From the NCBI GenBank assembly GCA_043803405.1, contig JAZDKB010000054.1, positions 1 through 32,184 on the forward strand: a stretch of 32,184 bases of DNA, written 5' to 3'. The DNA is from Spirochaetota bacterium (GTDB taxonomy: Bacteria; Spirochaetota; UBA4802; JAFGDQ01). The translations under genes and the position numbers were made by a program. Positions within the stretch are counted from its first letter, which is position 1. Each line of letters opens with the position of its first letter. The notes beneath the pieces are model-generated. The model worked only from the letters and a program-made list of their open reading frames with translations, made no database searches and was not told where the DNA came from. Below are positions 16,838 to 24,044 of this stretch, one piece after another.

Positions 16838-17278
16838 ATGAGCGTCAGTTACAAATCAAAAGAAAACATTCAGGGAATGACCGGCGGCCTTCTGTATTTT
16901 CTTGACAGTTACTGTGATGTGCTTACGGAGTCCAAGGCTTTTAAGGGCGTTAAAAAATGGGAAGGCGAACGCGAAGGATTGGAAGTACTTTTTATTTGCT
17001 GGCTTATGTTCCGCATGTGGGTCGCTAACAAGGTTGCTTACGCTGTTCAGTATAGTGAAAGCGTGGACCTTCATGAAGAAATCCCGGATATAGACCCCGT
17101 ATTTATTGAGCCTTCAGAACTTGCCGCCGATCTCCGTAACCTGAATTACAACATTTACACGAACGGCGGCCAGTGCTGGATGGATCACGAGTGGCATTCT
17201 GCTTTTAAGGAAATAGCCGATCGCATTAAAGCCATTTCGGAGAAGATGCCAGCCGGAAACCTGCTGAGAGTTGTTTAA
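16838..17278 (+). CDS. Hypothetical protein
   Basis: 146 aa; strong RBS AAGGAGG and upstream promoter. Confidence 0.75.
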   Translation: MSVSYKSKENIQGMTGGLLYFLDSYCDVLTESKAFKGVKKWEGEREGLEVLFICWLMFRMWVANKVAYAVQYSESVDLHEEIPDIDPVFIEPSELAADLRNLNYNIYTNGGQCWMDHEWHSAFKEIADRIKAISEKMPAGNLLRVV

Positions 17279-17298
17279 AAAATAATGTAGTATGGCAG

Positions 17299-17336
17299 GA
17301 GTGAATTTTTATATCGTACGATATAAAAATTCACTC
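17299..17336. repeat. Perfect 38-bp palindrome (terminator and/or binding site)
   Basis: gagtgaatttttatatcgt|acgatataaaaattcactc followed by a T-run. Confidence 0.9.
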
Positions 17337-17379
17337 GTTTTTTATTAACAACATTTTATTTAATCATAGAGGTGATGAG

Positions 17380-18003
17380 ATGCAGCCCGTTCAGGAATAC
17401 AAAGAACTTTCAAGAGCGTTCGATTATTATAATAAAAAACTTTTCAGCGGGGAAATCCCGCCGGCAATAATTACCCTCAGAGGGAAAAAATCAATCAACG
17501 GCTTTTTTCGTTTCCAGTCATTCACCGGCAGGAACGGAAATTCAGGTGAGCGGCTGGACGAGATAGCCCTCAATCCTGAGAATTTTCTCAGATCTGAGAA
17601 AGAAGTCCTCTCAACGCTGGTTCATGAAATGTGTCATGCCTGGCAATATCATTTCGGAAAGAAATCCAGAAAGACAGCATATCATGATAATGAATGGGCA
17701 AAGTGCATGAAGTCAGTCGGGCTGGTCCCTTCCGATACAGGCGAGCCTGGCGGAAGCATGACAGGGCAGGGGATGACCCATTACATAGAGGAAGGCGGAC
17801 GTTTCGACAGGTGTACTGCCGAGCTGCTCGGATCAGGCTGGAAGCTCAATTATACGCGTGAGAGCGATCCGGAAGGGATCGCGAAAAAAAAGAGGGAAAC
17901 AAAAACAAAATACTCATGTCCTGGGTGTGGAGTCAATGCCTGGGGAAAACTCGGAATAAATATTGTTTGCGGTGACTGTGAAGAAGTAATGGAGGCACAG
18001 TGA
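17380..18003 (+). CDS. SprT-like zinc metalloprotease
   Basis: LSTLVHEMCHAWQ (HExxH), YHDNEWA, C-terminal CPGC...CGDC zinc ribbon. Confidence 0.9.
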   Translation: MQPVQEYKELSRAFDYYNKKLFSGEIPPAIITLRGKKSINGFFRFQSFTGRNGNSGERLDEIALNPENFLRSEKEVLSTLVHEMCHAWQYHFGKKSRKTAYHDNEWAKCMKSVGLVPSDTGEPGGSMTGQGMTHYIEEGGRFDRCTAELLGSGWKLNYTRESDPEGIAKKKRETKTKYSCPGCGVNAWGKLGINIVCGDCEEVMEAQ

Positions 18004-18022
18004 AAAGGATTAGTCGTATGTC

Positions 18023-18685
18023 TTATTTACAATGCTTTTTAATAGCATCATAAGCTTCTGTATATCCAAGCTCATCTGCTTTGATTAAATCCTTACATCC
18101 ACTCTCATGTTTACTGAGTTGTAGCTTTGCAAGACCACGGAAATAATATGTTTTATCTTGTTCGCTCGGTATTCCACTATTAAGGGCATTGTCAAAATCT
18201 CTGAGTGCTCCGTGGTAATCTTTCAATTTTATTTTTGCATAGCCTCGATTGTAATATGAACTAGCATTACCTAAAGGAGCATTTTGCTTTAAGTTGATTG
18301 ATTTACTGAAATCATCAATCGCACTTCGATAATCTTTTAGTATGTTCTTGGCTATTCCTCGATAGTAATATGTTTCAGCTTTTTCAGTTGTTAAACCATA
18401 ATCAAGTGCTTTATCAAAATCTAAAATTGCCCCCTGGTGATCATTTAATTGTATTTTAGCATAACCACGTTTGTTGAATGCTTCAGCGAATTTAGGATTC
18501 AATTCAATTGCCTTATCAAAATCTACAGTTGCTCCTTGAAAGTCACGGCTTAATTTCATTGGCATTATTTTATCCATGCCTTGTTTAAAAAAGAAATTAG
18601 CATCGTGTGTTTCTTTATTACACATAGTGAAAGAAAAACTTGTAGTTAGGAGTAAACTAATTGCTATTGAAAATAGCTTTTTCAT
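18023..18685 (-). CDS. Exported tetratricopeptide-repeat protein
   Basis: Signal-like N-terminus; repeated YYNRGxAK...AIxDFxKA units. Confidence 0.88.
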   Translation of the reverse strand: MKKLFSIAISLLLTTSFSFTMCNKETHDANFFFKQGMDKIMPMKLSRDFQGATVDFDKAIELNPKFAEAFNKRGYAKIQLNDHQGAILDFDKALDYGLTTEKAETYYYRGIAKNILKDYRSAIDDFSKSINLKQNAPLGNASSYYNRGYAKIKLKDYHGALRDFDNALNSGIPSEQDKTYYFRGLAKLQLSKHESGCKDLIKADELGYTEAYDAIKKHCK

Positions 18686-18695
18686 TCTTTCTCCA

Positions 18696-18956
18696 TTATA
18701 ATGAAAGGTTTATCTGCAATGCGTCTGTTATCTTCAGAAATGTTTTGATCGTGTAGTTAGCCCCGTTCTCAATGCTTGACAGCTGCTGCTGTGATACATG
18801 CGCTTTTTTTGCGAGTTCCTGCTGTGACAGTCCGAGCTTTTGTCTTTCCTGCTGAATTCTTACAGCGAACTCCACCAGTTTCTTTTCTCGCAGGTAGCCT
18901 TCTTTGAAGGCCGGATTCTTTAATTGTTTATCTAAGTATTCTTTATGTGTCTGCAT
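18696..18956 (-). CDS. XRE-family HTH antitoxin (HigA-like)
   Basis: RQKLGLSQQELAKKAHVSQQQLSSIENG; directly downstream of a RelE-like toxin. Confidence 0.88.
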   Translation of the reverse strand: MQTHKEYLDKQLKNPAFKEGYLREKKLVEFAVRIQQERQKLGLSQQELAKKAHVSQQQLSSIENGANYTIKTFLKITDALQINLSL

Positions 18957-18965
18957 ATTTTACCT

Positions 18966-19349
18966 CTATTGCATTGTCTGCTTTTCAAAATCGTTTAAAG
19001 TCTTAAATCTTTTCGTAAAATCATTCCTGTACTTTTTTGCTCTCTCTATTTCGCTTTTCGGTACTGCTGAACTTTTTTTTGTGAACGAATGCGTCAGGAT
19101 TATGTAATTCTGAAAAACGAAAAAATAAAGTATTCTTTCCTGCTTTCCGGAAAGCTTTACTCTCAGCTCGTGTATCCCATCCTCAAGCAGGTCTGCGAAT
19201 GGCCTCGGAAGAGTAGGCCCCTGTTCTTCAAGGATCGTGATCCACGCCAGAACTTTCTGCCTGTTCTTTTCAGGCAGCTTGTCCAGGTATTCCCCGATAT
19301 CACATTCTTTACCTGCGGTCGTGTAGTAGTATACTTTCCATTTCTGCAT
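18966..19349 (-). CDS. RelE/ParE-superfamily toxin (HigB/Gp49-like)
   Basis: LEEQGPTLPRP, GIHELRVK, RILYFF, ILTHSFTKKS...PKSEIERAK. Confidence 0.9.
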   Translation of the reverse strand: MQKWKVYYYTTAGKECDIGEYLDKLPEKNRQKVLAWITILEEQGPTLPRPFADLLEDGIHELRVKLSGKQERILYFFVFQNYIILTHSFTKKSSAVPKSEIERAKKYRNDFTKRFKTLNDFEKQTMQ

Positions 19350-19354
19350 AAATA

Positions 19355-19383
19355 AATTTACATAATATATTATGTAATGTCAA
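19355..19383 (-). promoter_or_regulatory. TA promoter with 20-bp palindromic operator
   Basis: TTGACA-N17-TAAATT; perfect palindrome ttacataatatattatgtaa (19358-19377) fills the spacer; ATG follows the -10 after 5 nt. Confidence 0.82.
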
Positions 19384-19580
19384 GCAGTTATATCCCTTTA
19401 TTTGTTAATTTTTTTCATGAGACATAAAATATATTATCAGAACAAAAAAATATAAATGTTTAGTTTTATTTGTATAAACCCGCCGTCCCAATCCCGCCAA
19501 CATTTTTAATAGAAATCAGTGCAAAAAAAATTTTTGCAGCAAAATTGCGATACCAGTTTGCAAAAATTGTATTTATTTAA

Positions 19581-19646
19581 ATTTCGCAAAAATACGTTGC
19601 GAAATTTATTTTTGTTGACATTTCGCAATAAGTATTATTATGTCTC
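19581..19646 (+). promoter_or_regulatory. parA promoter/operator region
   Basis: Inverted repeat atttcgcaa-N7-ttgcgaaat, a further tttcgcaa copy and TTGACA at 19615. Confidence 0.55.
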
Positions 19647-19665
19647 CTTAAAAAGGAGGAAGCGT

Positions 19666-20592
19666 ATGAATAACTTTGACCTTCTATCGATTAAAGAAGC
19701 AAGCAAAATTTCCAGGATCCCTGATCGCACCATAAGGGACTGGATGAACGATTCCACTTTACAGACCTATAAGAATGATAACAATGTAATTTGCGTCAAT
19801 AGACGGGAGTTGCTCACCTCTGTTCCGACTGTTCTGACCATATTCAATCAGAAAGGCGGCTGCGGGAAAACATCGCTCAGCGTGCTTCTCGCGGACTATT
19901 ACGAAAAAAAGAAAGCTAAGGTTCTGCTTGTCGATTTTGATCAGCAGGGAAATCTCACCCAGACTTATTTTGCTTATGACGAGCTGAAGGACTCCCTCAG
20001 CCTTTACGATTACTTTGAAAAGAAAACCCCGCTTTCCAAGATGCTGAAAACATATAACGAGTACATAGACATCATACCGTCAAATATAAAACTGTCCCGC
20101 AAGGACAATTACGATATCGATGACCTTGACGCAATGCGCAAAGACTTTGCCCCGGTTTTTAAGAAGTGCAATGTCGTAATCATAGACTGTCCCCCTTCCC
20201 TGAATTCATTTTCAAAATTCGGGCTTATAATGAGCAATTATGTTTTAATTCCTGTGGTCCCGGAGCCATATAATTATGACGGCCTTTTTGAAGTCATGAA
20301 TACTATTAAGCGTCTGCAGAAATTTATCGAAGGCTTTATTGATTACAAAGTCGTTATTTCTGCACATGAACAGAGAATCATCAAGATTCATGAAAATTAT
20401 ATTGAGTTAATACGCAACGAGCTCAACGGCAAGGTTGCCGAACAATCAATACCCAATTTTGTCGGCATTAAGGAACGGAGTTTTCAGAAAAAGAATATAT
20501 TTGACATGTACGATTCCGATAAATCAGTTCAAAAAACTATGGCTCTTCTTAATGAGCTCGATTCGTTTATATACGACCAGAGAGGTGCCTGA
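19666..20592 (+). CDS. parA: ParA/Soj partition ATPase with N-terminal HTH
   Basis: Deviant Walker A NQKGGCGKT, VDFDQQGNLT, IIDCPPSL; N-terminal LSIKEASKISRIPDRTIRDW. Start at 19666 behind AGGAGG. Confidence 0.92.
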   Translation: MNNFDLLSIKEASKISRIPDRTIRDWMNDSTLQTYKNDNNVICVNRRELLTSVPTVLTIFNQKGGCGKTSLSVLLADYYEKKKAKVLLVDFDQQGNLTQTYFAYDELKDSLSLYDYFEKKTPLSKMLKTYNEYIDIIPSNIKLSRKDNYDIDDLDAMRKDFAPVFKKCNVVIIDCPPSLNSFSKFGLIMSNYVLIPVVPEPYNYDGLFEVMNTIKRLQKFIEGFIDYKVVISAHEQRIIKIHENYIELIRNELNGKVAEQSIPNFVGIKERSFQKKNIFDMYDSDKSVQKTMALLNELDSFIYDQRGA

Positions 20593-21392
20593 TGGCAAAG
20601 ACATTTGATTTATCTAAAATGAAACGCGGGAAGAGCCTTTCCGAAGCAGCAGAGAACATTGAGAACATGAGCGAGGAAACATCGGAAAGCATTGACGACC
20701 TTTTGCTCAATCCTCACAAGGAAAAAGTAACCAAAGCAGTTGCAGCGATCCGCCGTGATCCGTTCCTGGTGGACGAAGATAAAAATAAGCTCTTAAGCAC
20801 TCTCCGTTCGCAGTTTGCCGGCCTGTTTAACCTGAATAACTGCCCGAACGATTATGAATCACTCAAGCTTGAGGCTGTATTCCTAGCCGACCTGATGCAG
20901 GTTTCCTTTGTCCTTTTAGGCCAGAGACTTTTAAAAATAAGAGACAATGAGCTTTACCTATCGGATGGTTACAAGGACTTTAAAACATTTGTTGAGAAGG
21001 AAATAAAAATTGGTCGAACAACTGCTTATAATTATATCGATCTTGTTTCTTGTTTTGGTGTTCAAGCGCTTGAACACGGGAATGTCCCGGATCCTTCAAA
21101 ACTGATCCCCCTGCTGCCTGTTCTTAAAGCTAACCGCGAGGATATCCCGACAGAAGATATTAAATCCGAGTTCATTAAGAAAGCAAAAACCTCATCTTTC
21201 CGTGACCTGAAAGGCGAAATTAAACAACTTAAAATTCAGTATGGTCTGGCGAAAGAACCCGATGACATCGACAGGCTCGACAGGGCTTTTAATATTTTAA
21301 TGACTTCGTTCCCTGCAAAGCTTACAGCTGCGGATAAAAAGAAAATCAGAGATTATGTTAAGAAATTAAATTCTCTTTTGGACAGGAAATAG
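20592..21392 (+). CDS. Putative partition partner of ParA (non-canonical; DUF3102/pGP6-D/Borrelia PFam49-like)
   Basis: Coupled to parA (TGATG); LGQRLLKIRDNELY...GYKDFKTFVEKEIKIGRTTAYNYI; no GxRR ParB CTPase motif. Confidence 0.65.
   Translation: MAKTFDLSKMKRGKSLSEAAENIENMSEETSESIDDLLLNPHKEKVTKAVAAIRRDPFLVDEDKNKLLSTLRSQFAGLFNLNNCPNDYESLKLEAVFLADLMQVSFVLLGQRLLKIRDNELYLSDGYKDFKTFVEKEIKIGRTTAYNYIDLVSCFGVQALEHGNVPDPSKLIPLLPVLKANREDIPTEDIKSEFIKKAKTSSFRDLKGEIKQLKIQYGLAKEPDDIDRLDRAFNILMTSFPAKLTAADKKKIRDYVKKLNSLLDRK
21058..21077. repeat. Perfect 20-bp palindrome inside the partition gene; candidate parS-like site
   Basis: gtgttcaagc|gcttgaacac. Confidence 0.6.
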
Positions 21393-21474
21393 TGCGCTTT
21401 ATTTTTTTACTTATACGGTCTGCATGTTAGCGTCTAGCAACTTTATGGCGTATTCGTTTATATATTTTGTGTTT

Positions 21475-21512
21475 ATAAAAAAATCGAGGAGATGTCTCCT
21501 CGATTTTTTTAT
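21475..21512. terminator. Bidirectional intrinsic terminator
   Basis: ataaaaaaatcgaggaga-tg-tctcctcgatttttttat. Confidence 0.9.
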
Positions 21513-21610
21513 ATTATTATGTCGTTCGCCTTTTTCTCGACTCTCCGCCACTGCAGAGTACGCTTCCATACGGAACTTTCATATGGAAACTGATCGATTT
21601 AAAAGACGTT
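21475..21610 (-). ncRNA. Putative structured small RNA (three-way junction) with its own promoter and terminator
   Basis: TTGACA at 21642-21637 with AT-rich -10; stems CGTCTTTT/AAAAGGCG, TCGA/TCGA, TTCCATATG/CGTATGGAA, CTCTGC/GCGGAG. Three G-U pairs all favour the minus strand. Confidence 0.6.
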
Positions 21611-21684
21611 AATAATATTGCAGTTATTCTTTTATTTGTCAATTTTTTTTACACATAGAGGTGTGAATAATTTTTTAATCTTGC

Positions 21685-22260
21685 TTACCCTTTCTCCACC
21701 TCAACACATGTATACTCGATCTCGGCATAAGCATTCTCGATCTCTATTTCCGTTTCCTGTATACTTAGAGTGTGTTCGTCTATCCTGTCATCGAGTTTTG
21801 CCACCTCAACGGGATCCTCTTCGCCTTTCTTTATCTGGTTCAGTTTCCATATCTTGCTTAAAATTAAGTATTTTCTCTCTATCAGCTTCTTTATCTTAAA
21901 CTCATAGCTCTCTAGTTTCCTGTGTGCCTTTAGTTTTGCTGCTTCCCTCGCGTTCTGCCTGTCGTTTATTTCAAATACCTGGCTTGTGCTAATCGACGCA
22001 CTGTAGTGGTTTTCCTTTTCCTGGAATTCGCTTTCAGTGGCCTGTCTTGAAACCCCTACGTTCGGAAACAATTTAAAAAAATCACTTCCTCTTACAACGG
22101 AAGCTTTTTCAATTCTTTTGTTAGCCTCCCCTACCCTTTTCGTCAGGTCTTTGAGTTCCTGCTGTTTATCTTCCTGCAATGATCCAAAGGCATTAAAATT
22201 AATACATAATAAGACGATAATTGCCGTTATTATTATAATGGGTTTGTTTTTCATATTCAT
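21685..22260 (-). CDS. Secreted coiled-coil protein, possibly a single outer-membrane efflux (TolC-like) repeat
   Basis: Signal peptide; helix, LFPNVGVS...YSASISTSQVFE beta pair, then helices ending DPVEVAKL...IENAYAEIE. Confidence 0.55.
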   Translation of the reverse strand: MNMKNKPIIIITAIIVLLCINFNAFGSLQEDKQQELKDLTKRVGEANKRIEKASVVRGSDFFKLFPNVGVSRQATESEFQEKENHYSASISTSQVFEINDRQNAREAAKLKAHRKLESYEFKIKKLIERKYLILSKIWKLNQIKKGEEDPVEVAKLDDRIDEHTLSIQETEIEIENAYAEIEYTCVEVEKG

Positions 22261-22279
22261 ATCCTATGGAGCATAAATT

Positions 22280-22432
22280 ATGAAACCTGTTGTAATTCTT
22301 GCACAGGCAAAAGACCTTCTTTCCTATGTTAAGGGTATTCAGAATGTTGACCGGTTAAGTCTTCTGGAAATAAATAAAAGATTATTGAAAATGCAACTGG
22401 AAACTTCAGAAATTTTAGAAAAAATTGAATAG
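22280..22432 (+). CDS. Possible 50-aa helical protein (not in the ORF track)
   Basis: GGAG RBS then MKPVVILAQAKDLLSYVKGIQNVDRLSLLEINKRLLKMQLETSEILEKIE*; only 19 bp from the divergent start, so doubtful. Confidence 0.35.
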   Translation: MKPVVILAQAKDLLSYVKGIQNVDRLSLLEINKRLLKMQLETSEILEKIE

Positions 22433-22632
22433 TTTTTTTGTTGCTTTTTATTCTTAAATGTCTGAATATAAATGTAACAAAAAGGCCATTTCGACTCAAA
22501 ACCGGTCTGGCTGATATGTTATTCGTGTTATTCCGCGTTTGATTTCATTTAATTTTACTGCCGTTTTGCGTATCTTTTATTATCGTATATTGATATATTT
22601 CATCTTAATTTTTAATTAATTTTTTATCAATT

Positions 22633-24036
22633 ATGAATGACAACAGAAAAATACCGGTATTCTTATCGCATGATGAGGCAAAAAAGCTAATCCAGGGGCT
22701 TCGGAAGGACAGGCATTCTCTCGGATTGTCTCTGATGTATTACGGGGGTCTGCGTGTTTCCGAGATGACTGACCTTCGGATCAGCGATATTCACCTTGCA
22801 CGCGGTTTCATGAAGATAAACGGCAAGGGCAATAAAGAAAGAATTGTTCCCATCAATAACCGTTTACAGAAGGTCATAGAAAGCTATCTCCAAAAGCATG
22901 GCCACAAATTATCTCAGGATTCCTTTCTTGTTGGCGGCGATCGCCGTTCCTGGCATTATGTTGTGAAGAAATATTCAGGCCTTAGCCTTGGGAGAGAAGA
23001 CGTTCACTGCCATACTCTCAGACACAGTTTTGCTACTGGAATGTATATTAAAGGGATCCCGCTTGAACGAATATCCCAGCTCCTCGGCCATTCTAAGCTC
23101 GATACTACCATGATCTACAGTCATATTTCCACAGAACAGAAGCAGGAAGCTGTCCGTTCTCTCGACGATTCACGATCGCGTTTATTCGGCTTGGTGACTT
23201 CTCTTTTCCCCGCAAAAAAGAAGGCCGATATCTCCCTGAAAGATTACGGTTCACTCATAGGCCGTGATAATGAAATCAAAGAATTGACCCGGTATATCGA
23301 ATCCGGTGTTTCCGTAATACTCTCCGGCCCTCCGGGCTGCGGTAAGTCTGCAATTCTCAGAGCTATAAAGAGCTCTGTTTTTATTGAGGAATTTAAGAAA
23401 AAACAAACCTTAATAAAGATCATTCTCTCAGGTCAGGAAATGGGGGATAAGGTATATAAAGAAGCTTCAAAAGAACTTAAAAAACTTTCCATAGATGAGC
23501 TCCTGCAGGAGATAAAAGGTTCAGGGAAGATTGTCGTGATAGACGAGATCACCGGCCTTTCTAAAACAGATAAAAAGACGATTGCTTCACTTGCGGAAAA
23601 TACTGTTGTCCTGGCTGCATCTTCCCGTCCTGCAGACAGGAAACTATTTAAAACATTTATTGAGATCAAACCTTTAAGCCGTCATTACTGCAGGTTCGTT
23701 CTTTCAGAAATAGTGCATATGACTGATCCGCAGGCAAAGGAAAGGATTATTGACGATATCTTGCACCAGGCAAGCAGTAATTTAAAGGAAGCCGAATATA
23801 TCGCAAGTCAGCTGCAGCTCGGTAAATCCTCTGAGGAGATCACTACCGATGTCCGGGAATCGAACCAGGTGTCGATCGCTCCTATTCTCCTGATATTCGT
23901 TCTGTTCTTTGTGGCCTATGTTCTCAAGTCTTATGCCACTTCAATGGTTGCTTTTTCCTATGCGCTCCTTGTCTGCTTCAGGCTCGTATTTTACAGGTTT
24001 ATATTCATGCCGGCAACAAGTAAAAATAAAGGGTAA
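22633..24036 (+). CDS. Tyrosine recombinase catalytic domain fused to a P-loop ATPase and C-terminal TM helices
   Basis: GLRVSE, GKGNKER, HTLRHSFAT, LLGHS, TTMIY (complete R-K-H-R-H-Y); LIGRDNEI, Walker A GPPGCGKS, Walker B IVVIDEI; two hydrophobic C-terminal segments. Confidence 0.88.
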   Translation: MNDNRKIPVFLSHDEAKKLIQGLRKDRHSLGLSLMYYGGLRVSEMTDLRISDIHLARGFMKINGKGNKERIVPINNRLQKVIESYLQKHGHKLSQDSFLVGGDRRSWHYVVKKYSGLSLGREDVHCHTLRHSFATGMYIKGIPLERISQLLGHSKLDTTMIYSHISTEQKQEAVRSLDDSRSRLFGLVTSLFPAKKKADISLKDYGSLIGRDNEIKELTRYIESGVSVILSGPPGCGKSAILRAIKSSVFIEEFKKKQTLIKIILSGQEMGDKVYKEASKELKKLSIDELLQEIKGSGKIVVIDEITGLSKTDKKTIASLAENTVVLAASSRPADRKLFKTFIEIKPLSRHYCRFVLSEIVHMTDPQAKERIIDDILHQASSNLKEAEYIASQLQLGKSSEEITTDVRESNQVSIAPILLIFVLFFVAYVLKSYATSMVAFSYALLVCFRLVFYRFIFMPATSKNKG

Positions 24037-24044
24037 ACAATTCA

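Noticed and set aside
19519..19665. 49-aa N-terminal extension of ParA
   Set aside because: Covers promoter and operator repeats; AGGAGG supports ATG 19666.
21527..21608. Hammerhead ribozyme on the plus strand (ctgatcga, gaaa)
   Set aside because: Core is not CUGANGA in the right junction order, and the G-U pairs favour the minus strand.
22633..24036. Integron integrase or chromosomal xerC/xerD
   Set aside because: No IntI-specific insertion, no attC array, no N-terminal core-binding domain, and it has extra ATPase and TM domains.
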